A stretch of DNA of 64,000 nt from an uncultured Candidatus Saccharibacteria bacterium. GTDB taxonomy: Bacteria; Patescibacteriota; Saccharimonadia; Saccharimonadales; AWTP1-31. How positions within the stretch are numbered: the first letter of the stretch is position 1; every line of letters begins with the position of its first letter. The translations under genes were made by a program, and so were the position numbers. The stretch spans positions 10,343 to 74,342 of the forward strand of contig CAZWJA010000001.1 of NCBI GenBank assembly GCA_964634445.1, given 5' to 3'. Below the pieces are notes generated by a model, which was not told the origin of the DNA, did no database searches, and saw nothing but the letters and a program-made list of their open reading frames with translations. Below, piece by piece: positions 42,117 through 52,095 of this stretch.

Positions 42117-43401
42117 ACTCACAACACTCCGTTATTTTGCAGAAACACGCTGGTTCAAGAAATTTAATTCGCGGAAAGAACTCCAGACATTTCAGGAAAA
42201 AATGGTCATAAAACATATGGCATTTCTTAAAGATAATTCACCTTTTTTCGCTAAGCTTCCCCTGATTACGAATATGGATGAGTTCAAACAGCTGCCGCTC
42301 ATGGACAAATCTGTGATGATGAAGGATTTTAATGCCATGAATACACTTGGGTTAGATAAAGACAGGGCGTTAAAAATCGCTATCAAAAGTGAGAAGTCAC
42401 GAAACTTCACGCCTACTTATAACAGCATATCGGTTGGTCTTTCGTCAGGAACAAGTGGACACAGGGGCTTATTCTTAGTAAGCGACAAGGAGCGTAGTGC
42501 TTGGGCTGGCGCGGTACTCGGTAAATACCTACCACCAGGGAAGCCATTTGGTCACCGTATTGCGTTCTTTCTGCGCGCCAACAACAACCTGTATGAAACT
42601 ATTAACTCTCGTTTTATTACGTTTCGTTATTTTGACATCTATAAGGATATGTCTAAAAACCTTAACGAGCTTGCAAGTTATCAACCATCTATAATTGTCG
42701 CCCCACCGTCAGTACTTAGTGTTATAGCCAATCAACTTGAAACAGGAGAATTATCAATACATCCCCATAAGATTATCTCTGTAGCCGAAGTATTAAACCC
42801 TCGAGATGAATTGCGTTTTAAAAAAGTATTTAGCCAGGGTATTATTTTTCAGGCCTATCAATGTACTGAGGGCTTTCTAGCCCATACCTGCCAGCAAGGC
42901 TCGCTGCACCTTAATGAAGACACTGTCTACGTTGAGAAGGAATTTCTAGACGCAAAGCGGTTTGTGCCCATAATTACCGATTTTCGGCGACGTTCGCAGC
43001 CAATCATACGTTATCGACTAAACGACATACTGGTTTTATCAAAAAAGCATTGCTCTTGTGGCAGCGCTATGACAGCTATTGAGCGCATCGAAGGTCGTGA
43101 AGATGATATTTTCCTATTCAAAAACCAAGCCGGTGAAACCGTCCAAGTATTCTCGGACATGATTGGACGCTGTATGCTCTATGTTAAAAATATAAAAGAT
43201 TACCGAGTAGTACAGACCGATTACACAAAATTAGTTATCCATCTGGATGATATAAATGCAAACACTAAGCAGGCGATAAGACACGAGATCACTAAACTTG
43301 CCCAAAAACTATCCTTTAAGACGCCAGAATTGGAATTTGTGGCCTATGAGCTCGATTTGAGTAGAAAATTAAAGCGAATTGAGAGACAATTTAGTAAATG
43401 A
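42076..43401 (+). CDS. Adenylate-forming enzyme, PaaK / coenzyme F390 synthetase-like (ANL superfamily)
   Basis: LSSGTSGHRG P-loop-like AMP-binding motif, typical of PaaK/F390-synthetase/LuxE-like acyl-adenylate ligases. Confidence 0.6.
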   Translation: MTNMNRRNFCVQNKLTTLRYFAETRWFKKFNSRKELQTFQEKMVIKHMAFLKDNSPFFAKLPLITNMDEFKQLPLMDKSVMMKDFNAMNTLGLDKDRALKIAIKSEKSRNFTPTYNSISVGLSSGTSGHRGLFLVSDKERSAWAGAVLGKYLPPGKPFGHRIAFFLRANNNLYETINSRFITFRYFDIYKDMSKNLNELASYQPSIIVAPPSVLSVIANQLETGELSIHPHKIISVAEVLNPRDELRFKKVFSQGIIFQAYQCTEGFLAHTCQQGSLHLNEDTVYVEKEFLDAKRFVPIITDFRRRSQPIIRYRLNDILVLSKKHCSCGSAMTAIERIEGREDDIFLFKNQAGETVQVFSDMIGRCMLYVKNIKDYRVVQTDYTKLVIHLDDINANTKQAIRHEITKLAQKLSFKTPELEFVAYELDLSRKLKRIERQFSK

Positions 43402-44339
43402 ATAGTATAAGAAATTGCCGTATTGCAGGCTATGGTACGTATTTACCTAAGCAAACCGTAGAGTTTGAGGGGCAGACACGCTATCGAATATCTGGAGACG
43501 AAGATCAACTATCCATGGCTGTAGCTGCGTGCAAACAGGCTCTCGAAACTGCAAAACTAGATATTAATAATATCGACTGCATCGTCTCTGCCAGCGCTGT
43601 CGGCATCCAACCTATCCCATCTACGGCAGCACTGATCCATGAACAGCTTGCCCTCGGTACTAGTATTCCCGCACTCGACATCAACACAACGTGCACCAGC
43701 TTTCTAACGTCGTTAGACACAATGTCATACCTTGTTGCAGCTGGTCGCTATAAAAATGTTCTTATAGTTTCCAGTGAGGTTGGCTCGCTAGGCTTAAACC
43801 CTAAGCAACGGGAAAGCTATGAGCTATTCTCTGATGGTGCTGCAGCAATTGTGTTATCAACCCACACTGAACCATCCCAGGGAATTATTGCCAGTATGCA
43901 GTCAACGTGGTCTGAGGGCGCACATTCAACTGAAATCAGAGGTGGATTAACTGGCTTTCATCCAAAAAATTACAGTGAAGAAACCAAAGAAGATTACATG
44001 TTTGATATGGATGGTCGAACGGTTTTGCGTATTGCCGCAACGCATTTGCCAGAAATGTTTAACGAATTTATGACTAATTACGGTATTGGCTTTAAAGATG
44101 TTGACGTTATCATCCCACACCAGGCGAGCCGCGCACTGGATATGATCATGCGGCGTATGGGAGCACCGACCGGGAGCTACATTAACTGGGTACCGGAATA
44201 CGGCAATATGGTTTCAGCGTCAGTGCCATTTATTCTTTGTAAGCTTCTTGCAGACGGTAAGCTACAGAGAGGCGATAAAGTGTTATTATGTGGGACAGCC
44301 GCAGGTCTCACTGCGAATATTGTTGTGATGGAGGTTTAA
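43398..44339 (+). CDS. 3-oxoacyl-ACP synthase III-like (FabH/KAS III family)
   Basis: Active-site Cys context NTTCTSF, then HQASRAL (His) and GNMVSASVP (Asn). Collinear with FabH. Confidence 0.75.
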   Translation: MNSIRNCRIAGYGTYLPKQTVEFEGQTRYRISGDEDQLSMAVAACKQALETAKLDINNIDCIVSASAVGIQPIPSTAALIHEQLALGTSIPALDINTTCTSFLTSLDTMSYLVAAGRYKNVLIVSSEVGSLGLNPKQRESYELFSDGAAAIVLSTHTEPSQGIIASMQSTWSEGAHSTEIRGGLTGFHPKNYSEETKEDYMFDMDGRTVLRIAATHLPEMFNEFMTNYGIGFKDVDVIIPHQASRALDMIMRRMGAPTGSYINWVPEYGNMVSASVPFILCKLLADGKLQRGDKVLLCGTAAGLTANIVVMEV

Positions 44340-44340
44340 T

Positions 44341-44580
44341 ATGTTAGAAGATGTTCAAGAAATTATTTACAAAGAGTTTGATATTGAAATAGATAAGCTC
44401 ACTCCTGAGGCAAATCTCAGGAATGATCTACACATTGACAGTATGGCGGCAGTGAATTTGTCTTTTGAGATTGAAGATCGTTTCAAGATTAAAGTTACCG
44501 ACGAAGAACTTGCTGGTCTTACTACTATTAACGACATTTTAAAGCTTATCGAATCTAAAGGTGTATCAGGAAAAAACTAA
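44341..44580 (+). CDS. Acyl carrier protein
   Basis: 79 aa with the phosphopantetheine attachment motif DLHIDSMAAVNL (DSx). Confidence 0.8.
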   Translation: MLEDVQEIIYKEFDIEIDKLTPEANLRNDLHIDSMAAVNLSFEIEDRFKIKVTDEELAGLTTINDILKLIESKGVSGKN

Positions 44581-45511
44581 CCGACCAGTCTTCTTATACC
44601 CCGGGCAAGGTGAATTGCAGGTTGGTATTGGTCGTGACATTTATGATCATAGTCAAGCTGCCCGCGAAGTATTTGATGTTAACCCGGAGCTAAAAGAATT
44701 ATGTTTTAGTGGTCCTCACGAAACACTCAACGATCCATATAATAATCAAGCTGCTAACTTTTTAGCCTGGATGGCCATAAGCGCAGCACTGGGAGAAGTA
44801 AATATACAGCCCGGAGCATTAGCGGGACAAAGCCTCGGTGAGTATGGCGCACTCTGCAGTGCTGGCTCCTTTAGTATTAAGGACGCTCTACCGATGCTAA
44901 AAGAGCGAGCAAGGCTTATGACCGAGCTGATTCCAGCTGATAGTGGCATGCATGCCATACTAGGCCTAGGCGCTACTACAGTCGAAACCCTCTGTCAGAA
45001 AGTATCCACAGCCGAAAGACCTTGCCAGGTAGCTATTTACAGTACAGCTGACAGGAATGTCATCACCGGCAATAAAACTGCTGTTACAAAATGTGCCGAA
45101 CTATGTGCTGAAGCTGGTGGCAAAACAATGCCTGTACGAGTTGCACGTGCTTTTCATTCATCACTAGGGCAACCAGCTAAAGAAGCGTTTGCCGAAGTCT
45201 TAAAAGACTTTCCAATTGCACAACCAAATCGTCCTGTCTACTACAATCGTGATGGGTCGAATGAATGTGAAGATATTGCTGGCATGTTGGCCGACCAGCT
45301 CATGAGCCCAGTCTACTTAGTAAAAGTAATCCAAAACTTGCTTGACGATGGCTACAGACAATTTATTAAAATCGGACCTGGTGGATTCTTTGGGGATGCT
45401 GTACGAACAATTGCGCACAATCAGAATATTGATATACAGATCTACAGTGTTGAGTCATTCGAAGATATTAACCAATTAGTCTTGAGGTTGAAAGAAGATG
45501 CGTATGCTTAA
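44561..45511 (+). CDS. ACP S-malonyltransferase-like acyltransferase (FabD family)
   Basis: GQGELQVG N-terminal motif, GQSLGEY active-site Ser motif, ARAFHS (His). Confidence 0.75.
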   Translation: MYQEKTNRPVFLYPGQGELQVGIGRDIYDHSQAAREVFDVNPELKELCFSGPHETLNDPYNNQAANFLAWMAISAALGEVNIQPGALAGQSLGEYGALCSAGSFSIKDALPMLKERARLMTELIPADSGMHAILGLGATTVETLCQKVSTAERPCQVAIYSTADRNVITGNKTAVTKCAELCAEAGGKTMPVRVARAFHSSLGQPAKEAFAEVLKDFPIAQPNRPVYYNRDGSNECEDIAGMLADQLMSPVYLVKVIQNLLDDGYRQFIKIGPGGFFGDAVRTIAHNQNIDIQIYSVESFEDINQLVLRLKEDAYA

Positions 45512-46745
45512 GCGACGCGTTGTGATTACGGGCATTGGAGTAGTGTCAGCCATCGGTAATGACACAAAATCTTTTTGGGATAGTATCAAAATGGGTACGT
45601 GTGGCATTGATTCTATTACCTCGTTTGATGCTACTAAGTCACCAGTTAAGCTGGCTGCTGAGATTAAGTCACTCGACAGCGAACAGTATTTTGAAGCACG
45701 AGACATCAAACATAACGCACGCTTTATGTTACTGGCGCGTATAGCGGCGCAAGAAGCCTACCACATGAGCGGCTTAGGGAACGTCAGTATTGACCGTGAT
45801 CGTTTTGGCGTGTTTGTTTCTTCAAGCATTGGCGGGATTGAAGTGTTGGAAGCCAACCAGCTGGCATTTATGCAGACAGATTCTCCGCGTGTTTCTCCAT
45901 ATCTAATCCCAAGCACACTTGTTAACTTAGCATCAGGTGCAATTGCCATCGACGTTCAGGCACATGGCAGCAATATGGCAGTAGTAACAGCCTGCGCTAG
46001 CGGTGCCAATTCCATCGGTGAAGCTTTTCTGAAGATTCAGCAAGGTTCACACGACGTTATTCTAGCTGGTGCGAGTGACGCAGCCATTACACCGCTATCA
46101 CTAGCAGGTTTCGCAGCTATGCGCGCTATGCATACTGGTGACGATCCGAACCGAGCCTGCATACCATTCGATAAGGAACGCAGTGGCACCGTTATGGGTG
46201 AAGGAGCAGGCATATTGGTACTTGAAGATCTTGAACACGCTCTAAAACGTAAGGCAACTATCTTGGGTGAGATTGTAGGGTACGGCACAAACTGCGACGC
46301 GTTTAGCATCACCTCACCCGAGCTTGAGGGTACGACCATTAGCAAAGCAATGCATAACGCAATTGATAGCGCCTCTGTCAGGATTGAGGAAATTGACTAT
46401 ATAAATGCCCACGGTACCGCAACGGTATTAAACGACAGTACCGAGAGCTTGGCTATCCAAAAAGTCTTTGGAGCACATACTAAAAATGTCTTAGTCTCTT
46501 CCACAAAGTCCATGACCGGCCATACACTTGGTGCGAGCGGAGCAATTGAAGCCATTGTGTGCTTGAAAGCATTGCAGGAGAACTTTGCGCCCCCTACGAT
46601 TAATTACCAGTCAGCTGACCCGAAGTGTGATTTAAACCTTGTAGTAAACAAGGGGGTTGATAAAGAGCTAAACCTCGTTTTATCTAACTCGTTCGGCTTT
46701 GGTGGGCATAATGCCAGTTTAATTTTCAAAAAATGGCAAGTATAG
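45498..46745 (+). CDS. 3-oxoacyl-ACP synthase I/II-like (FabF/KAS II family)
   Basis: Active-site Cys context VVTACASGANSIG, then NAHGTAT and GHTLGASGA His motifs. Confidence 0.85.
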   Translation: MRMLKRRVVITGIGVVSAIGNDTKSFWDSIKMGTCGIDSITSFDATKSPVKLAAEIKSLDSEQYFEARDIKHNARFMLLARIAAQEAYHMSGLGNVSIDRDRFGVFVSSSIGGIEVLEANQLAFMQTDSPRVSPYLIPSTLVNLASGAIAIDVQAHGSNMAVVTACASGANSIGEAFLKIQQGSHDVILAGASDAAITPLSLAGFAAMRAMHTGDDPNRACIPFDKERSGTVMGEGAGILVLEDLEHALKRKATILGEIVGYGTNCDAFSITSPELEGTTISKAMHNAIDSASVRIEEIDYINAHGTATVLNDSTESLAIQKVFGAHTKNVLVSSTKSMTGHTLGASGAIEAIVCLKALQENFAPPTINYQSADPKCDLNLVVNKGVDKELNLVLSNSFGFGGHNASLIFKKWQV

Positions 46746-48391
46746 ACACCCCCTGTAACATATCTACACTTAAGGCGATGCTGCGCCAAAGTACTGAGCG
46801 CTATGCTAATCAGACAGCATTTCATCTCGCAGACGGTTCTCATATTACCTACAAGGAATTTGCCGAGGATATAGACGCACTTGGTACTGCACTCATTAAC
46901 GCCAAAAGAAAACCAAAACGCATCGGTATTATTGGCGCGAACTCCTACGAATGGGGGCTTGCGTACCTTGCAACTATGAATGGTGCTGGTATTGCTGTAT
47001 CACTGGATAAAGAATTAACTAAACGAGAGCTGCTCGATTCTGTTGAACGAATCAAGCTTGATACAATTTTTTACTCTGATGATATCGCTCACAAAGTCCT
47101 AGCTACAAAGAAACAAGGCATTATTAAAACCTATATATCCATGTCACCCGACTCTAAAGAACAAACCATACAAGCACTCATTGAGCTCGGAAAACAAGCA
47201 CCAAAGAGAAACAGGCGTGCTTACCAGCAGATTAAAATTGATCCCGATGCGCTAGCGGCATTACTTTTTACATCAGGGACTACATCTCAATCAAAAATTG
47301 TCATGCTTTCACACAGGAATATTACAGCTGACCTTATACACGGCACGGCACATTTCAATCTGAGTCCAAGTGACCGTTTCTTATCAATTCTGCCAATGCA
47401 TCACATGTTTGAATGCGTAGCAGGTTTTTTGGCACCTTTGTACTCAGGTAGCTCAATCTATTTCAGCCAAGGTATTCGCCACATTGGACGAGAATTTAAG
47501 GAGCAGAAACCAACGGTGGTCATTTGTGTTCCTCGTGTCATCGAAGCCCTTTCTGGTAAGATCTGGAAAGGCATTCGTGAACAAGGTAAGGAACAGATTG
47601 TTCGAAGACTAATGTCTACTACTAATACTTTAGATAGGTTTGGGCTGCATATAAAACGGAAAGTTTTTGCAAAAGTTCACCATGAGCTCGGTGGAAATAT
47701 TCGCTTCTTCCTGAGTGGGGCAGCTAGTCTCAATTTAAAAACAGCCGAAGATATGACTCAGCTTGGTTTTACCATTTTTCAAGGCTACGGACTGACTGAA
47801 TGTTCACCCGCAGTTGCTATTTCCTATTATGGGAATAATGACCCTGACTCAGTTGGCCCGCCGTTAGCAGAAACGGATATATACATAGATAGGCCTAATG
47901 CTGATGGTAATGGAGAAATACTCATAAAAGGCCCGCAGGTCATGCTCGGCTATTATCAGAACAAAGCAGCCACCAAGCAAGTCATGCACAATGGCTATTT
48001 CCGAACAGGTGATATAGGCCAGATTAAGCAAAATGGCAGTCTAAAAATTATTGGACGCCTCAAAAATGTAATTGTTACAAGTGGCGGAAAGAAAATATAT
48101 CCTGAGGAATTGGAGTCTTTGTTATTGCAAAGCCCGGCTATAAAAGACGTCGTGGTTCATGGAGTAGAACACAACCATGGTATGCAGATCTGTGCGTCGG
48201 TAGTCCTTGCCGAAAATGAAAGCCCTACACAGAAACGGCAACTTGAAAAGACGGCAAGATCCCATATCAAGGCCATCAATAATAATCTTGCGAAATACGA
48301 ACAGATACACACCATCAAAATCCGAAACACCGATTTTGTGAGAACATCTACACTCAAAGTAAAAAGACACCTAATAAGTGCCTCTCAATAA
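46733..48391 (+). CDS. Long-chain acyl-CoA synthetase / fatty acyl-AMP ligase (AMP-binding, FadD-like)
   Basis: FTSGTTSQSKIVMLSH (AMP-binding motif I), GYGLTE, YFRTGDIG, GRLKNVIVTSGGKKIYPEELE. Confidence 0.8.
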   Translation: MASIDTPCNISTLKAMLRQSTERYANQTAFHLADGSHITYKEFAEDIDALGTALINAKRKPKRIGIIGANSYEWGLAYLATMNGAGIAVSLDKELTKRELLDSVERIKLDTIFYSDDIAHKVLATKKQGIIKTYISMSPDSKEQTIQALIELGKQAPKRNRRAYQQIKIDPDALAALLFTSGTTSQSKIVMLSHRNITADLIHGTAHFNLSPSDRFLSILPMHHMFECVAGFLAPLYSGSSIYFSQGIRHIGREFKEQKPTVVICVPRVIEALSGKIWKGIREQGKEQIVRRLMSTTNTLDRFGLHIKRKVFAKVHHELGGNIRFFLSGAASLNLKTAEDMTQLGFTIFQGYGLTECSPAVAISYYGNNDPDSVGPPLAETDIYIDRPNADGNGEILIKGPQVMLGYYQNKAATKQVMHNGYFRTGDIGQIKQNGSLKIIGRLKNVIVTSGGKKIYPEELESLLLQSPAIKDVVVHGVEHNHGMQICASVVLAENESPTQKRQLEKTARSHIKAINNNLAKYEQIHTIKIRNTDFVRTSTLKVKRHLISASQ

Positions 48392-48410
48392 CTGCAGGCC
48401 TAGCAAGCAG

Positions 48411-49688
48411 TTATGCATAAAATTCCAGCTTTGATTCTCTAATTTGCAGTTTTGTTTCTATTCCTGCAGTTAATGCCGTTTTCTCGCTCTCTGTGCCATT
48501 TGTCAGCACATATCGGGCATATTCTACAAACGGATCGTCAAGCCGCTGGTCGACCTTGTAGTGCGTGAATAATGTTTTTGTAACATACATGTGCTTGTCA
48601 ACTTTGGCTCGTAATTTATCCGATATTTTGATCTGTTCATGATGTTGCTCGATAAAGTCCTGAAGTAACACACATAAATTGTCTTCGTTGACATATTTTT
48701 CGTTACAGTTCGGATCTTTGCGTCGAGTGCAGTTGTAGTAAACAAATCGTTTTATATCGCCACTTTTGAGCGTCTTAAATTTATCTTGGGCCGTAATATC
48801 TGCATCGCACTGTCCACACTTGAACAACCCCCGAAATGCGAAAGTCTTTGAGCCCCAAACCCCTTTGTTAACACCCCTAGTTTCTTGTACAAGGTCAAAC
48901 AGTTCCTTTGAGATAAGTGGCTTGTGCGCCCCGTCATACCAAGGCGCATCCGGCGCCTCAGGATATTGGAATCTGCCGTAGTAGAACGGTGTGCTTAGAA
49001 TCACAAGAATTTGGCTTACACTAATAGGTCTACCGGAACGGTTAGTAAATCCTTGCTCATCAAGCCAGGCCTTTAGCCTACGACCACTCCAGCGCTCATA
49101 TCCCGCCTTTTGAAACGCCTCACGAATCAGATCAGCTCGGTCAGGATCAAAGATTATGTCGTTGACACCTCCGAAAGCCCTGTTCATATAGCCGAGCGGG
49201 GCTACACCGGGCCGCCAACCCATCTCACATTTGGTACGAATACCACGCTTGACGTTGATGCTTTTATTGTCGTTCTCGAGTTTGGCTTGCGAGCAGAGGA
49301 TCATGAGCAAAAATTTCTCATTCGGACTATTGGTAAATGTCTGTGAATAAGTTCGAATATGTAGTAGCTTGTGTTGGTCCATTAGATCGACGACCGCACC
49401 CAAGTCTCCAGCATTTCGACTTAGACGATCTGGTGCCCACGTCAGGATTGCGTTGTATTCATCGTTTGCTAAACCAGCCAGCATTTTGTTATATACGGGT
49501 CGTTTACCTGAATCTTTGGCTGAATGACTCTCTTGCAATTCACAAACAACATTCAGACCTTCATTTTCGGCTAAGGCTCGCATCTCGGCGAGCTGTGAGT
49601 CGATAGACATAGCCTGGCGCTCATCGGATTCGCTCGACTTCCGAGCATACAGGCAGTATTTGAGTGTTGGTTGATTATTGTCCAGCAT
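48411..49688 (-). CDS. Large serine recombinase (resolvase/invertase N-domain + recombinase domain + zinc ribbon)
   Basis: N-terminal catalytic region CLYARKSSESDERQAMSIDSQ. C-terminal Cys cluster CGQCDADI...YYNCTRRKD. About 75% identical to the truncated copy at 58117..58779. Confidence 0.8.
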   Translation of the reverse strand: MLDNNQPTLKYCLYARKSSESDERQAMSIDSQLAEMRALAENEGLNVVCELQESHSAKDSGKRPVYNKMLAGLANDEYNAILTWAPDRLSRNAGDLGAVVDLMDQHKLLHIRTYSQTFTNSPNEKFLLMILCSQAKLENDNKSINVKRGIRTKCEMGWRPGVAPLGYMNRAFGGVNDIIFDPDRADLIREAFQKAGYERWSGRRLKAWLDEQGFTNRSGRPISVSQILVILSTPFYYGRFQYPEAPDAPWYDGAHKPLISKELFDLVQETRGVNKGVWGSKTFAFRGLFKCGQCDADITAQDKFKTLKSGDIKRFVYYNCTRRKDPNCNEKYVNEDNLCVLLQDFIEQHHEQIKISDKLRAKVDKHMYVTKTLFTHYKVDQRLDDPFVEYARYVLTNGTESEKTALTAGIETKLQIRESKLEFYA

Positions 49689-49750
49689 GGCTTTTTACCT
49701 ACCAAAGTAATGCCGCAGATCGATAGAGAAAGCTAGTACTTTTTGCAATA

Positions 49751-49780
49751 AAAAGAGCCGCATGCACCACGGCTCCTTTT
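49751..49780 (-). terminator. Rho-independent terminator after the DUF4352-like gene
   Basis: AAAAGAGCCG-CATGCACCA-CGGCTCCTTTT hairpin with U-runs on both strands. Confidence 0.55.
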
Positions 49781-49794
49781 ACTTCTTATTTTTA

Positions 49795-50379
49795 CTATTG
49801 AAGGCTTACTTTAATACCACCCGAGTAGGCGCTATCATGCAATTCAGCGACAGTTGGCGTTACATCTTTTGGTACATCAAAGACGATAGTACCTTCCACG
49901 CTATTGCCAGGATTGATATCGCTGTACCAACTACTACCTTGTGGGGCAGCGTAGAGGGTTGCAGTATCGTCAGCTGAGTATTCCTTATTAGCTGCATCTA
50001 GCAGCTTCTGATTAGCTGAGAATAGGCTCTGCTTTTCGTTACCGATGTTCTTAACACTCACATTCAGCAGACAGTATTGACCCTGTGCTGTTTTGGTCAA
50101 GTATTGGTTGGTGCCGACTGAAGCTTCGCCACACTTGATGCTTTTGACTATGAATTCGAACTTACCGTCTCGAACGGCTGCACCGATCTTAGCCGCTTCA
50201 GCTTTTGCTTCGGTTTTGGCTTCTTGCTTGTTGTTGCTTGAGCCTGTCGATGACTTGCTACCACCACCCGCCGCACTCGCTACTATACCTATAGCTACAA
50301 AAGCCAAGATTACGGTTAATATTTTATGTCTTTTGAACCAGTTTGCTTTTTGGTCTGCCATATTTCCTCCTTCTGGCAT
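49795..50379 (-). CDS. Secreted/membrane-anchored DUF4352-like protein
   Basis: N-terminal TM, Ser/Gly/Lys-rich linker, then a C-terminal beta-rich domain with the FVVKS..G...V.V.V.N.G pattern of DUF4352. Confidence 0.5.
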   Translation of the reverse strand: MPEGGNMADQKANWFKRHKILTVILAFVAIGIVASAAGGGSKSSTGSSNNKQEAKTEAKAEAAKIGAAVRDGKFEFIVKSIKCGEASVGTNQYLTKTAQGQYCLLNVSVKNIGNEKQSLFSANQKLLDAANKEYSADDTATLYAAPQGSSWYSDINPGNSVEGTIVFDVPKDVTPTVAELHDSAYSGGIKVSLQ

Positions 50380-50589
50380 TTAATTAATGTCTCAGGAGGC
50401 TGGCCTATATATTAAAAGCGACAGCCACGCTGGACTGTCTAGGACCCAAACAAGCGCTTTCACGCCTATTCTTTTTTACGTAGCTGCCGCTTTCATGGCA
50501 TGAAGCTACGCATATAATGCTCGCTGTTAACGCTTGCTTGAATCCTAGACATGTTCCATTGTACTGCCAACAGATAAAGAAACCTAGCC

Positions 50590-52095
50590 CTACAGTTCGT
50601 CTCTATACCTAAGACCATAGATTCTCTTCATCTCAGAGCTACCCCAGAAGCCCCAACCCATAACAACGGTCCACAAGACATTAGTCTGAATGTAGTTCAG
50701 CGCCATCGAAACAGCATCAGCCAAATCGTCGTGCTTCTCAACCCCAAAACCTACCAGCTGTTGAATAACTTCCTGTATATTTCTGTCTTTAGGGAAGTAG
50801 ACTGCTCCTTGTTGGAATAGTGGGCTTGCGAGCTGTAAACGAGCCCGCTTGTCGGTATGAATTTTCACGCCTTTAGCCTTAAGACCTCGGTCTTGCAGTT
50901 GCTCTACAACAGCAGCCTGATACTGTACTTGTTCCACCAGCACGACAGGGTTGCATTCTCGTTTTAACGTCTCGTTCATCGCGACAATTGATTCTAGTGT
51001 TTCGAGATGTGTCATGCGCTTGTTAATAAAGCGCGAATCGATGTAATAGCAACGATCCTCGGGCTTATAGCCAAAGACATGAACTATCACAATTGCCGTG
51101 CAGTCAGCAGTGGCTTTTTGTGAAATTGCTAGATCGACTGATATAAAGGAATTAATGTACTGATTCTTAGGAATCTTGGCCGGTAATTCATCATAATACC
51201 GTATCCATCCGCCATCAATGACCTGATCATCGTCTGGAATAATCCGAAGCATATACTCACGTTCCCAGGCAATTTTGTTGCCGACAGCCCGCATAAGTGT
51301 ACGGAGTGCTAGCTTATCAGGGTATTTGCCTGGCCAGGTACTCTTGTCCCTTACCAGTATTGGAAATTCATAATACAATCCATCAATTTCATCATTTTCG
51401 ATGCGTTCCTTAAGGCGCATGAGTAGTGAGTCCTCATGTAACAAGTTACCGATAGCTATGCGCTTAGTGTTCGTATCGCCAGCAGGAATGATTTCACTGG
51501 TATACCAATCAAAGGTTTTGTTGCGACCTTCACGAGTTTTTACGGAAGCCATGTCTTCTACGTCATCGGCAATAATCAGGTCAGGACGATAAGCACCGTG
51601 GCGGATGCCTCGAACACTCTGCTCGGTACTGATTGCCGTGATGCGAGCATTGTACTTAGGAATGTAGAGCGAGGTTGAGCCCCATTCCTCGCGCTGTTCC
51701 ATGAAGGGTCCCATATCATTGGCCAGCAGTTCATTGCTTTCCAGCTCACGCTTGATGTTCATCAAGTGCACTCGAGCTTGATACTGCGTTTGGCTGGCAA
51801 TCAGCACGAACTTCTTCTGCTGTTTACCAACAATTGCCCAAATAGGGTAGCTCATTGTCATAATAGTCGACTTCGCTGATCCACGAAATGCCACTACTAC
51901 GGCCAATGGCAGCTCCTCATCTTCAGTAATAGCAAAGAGTTGCCGGTGCACATCAGCTGTTTCGTGAGTTATATAGTTCGCAAAGTAGGTTGAGAAAAAC
52001 CACTGGTGGCTTTGGGCAGTTACTTCAGCTCGTACTTTGTGGTCAGTAAATAATCGGTTCTGTAGGTCATATTTTGTTTGTTGCATCGCTGGCAT
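50590..52095 (-). CDS. Phage terminase large subunit-like protein
   Basis: Deviant Walker A (VVAFRGSAKST), Walker B-like LIIADDVED. C-terminal RNaseH-like nuclease region starts FISVDLA. Adjacent to a terS-like gene. Confidence 0.55.
   Translation of the reverse strand: MPAMQQTKYDLQNRLFTDHKVRAEVTAQSHQWFFSTYFANYITHETADVHRQLFAITEDEELPLAVVVAFRGSAKSTIMTMSYPIWAIVGKQQKKFVLIASQTQYQARVHLMNIKRELESNELLANDMGPFMEQREEWGSTSLYIPKYNARITAISTEQSVRGIRHGAYRPDLIIADDVEDMASVKTREGRNKTFDWYTSEIIPAGDTNTKRIAIGNLLHEDSLLMRLKERIENDEIDGLYYEFPILVRDKSTWPGKYPDKLALRTLMRAVGNKIAWEREYMLRIIPDDDQVIDGGWIRYYDELPAKIPKNQYINSFISVDLAISQKATADCTAIVIVHVFGYKPEDRCYYIDSRFINKRMTHLETLESIVAMNETLKRECNPVVLVEQVQYQAAVVEQLQDRGLKAKGVKIHTDKRARLQLASPLFQQGAVYFPKDRNIQEVIQQLVGFGVEKHDDLADAVSMALNYIQTNVLWTVVMGWGFWGSSEMKRIYGLRYRDEL

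Noticed and set aside
49751-49780. Possible att site or repeat at the recombinase-proximal junction
   Set aside because: No similarity to the tRNA-Asn-derived repeats was found. The hairpin reads as an ordinary intrinsic terminator for the DUF4352-like gene.
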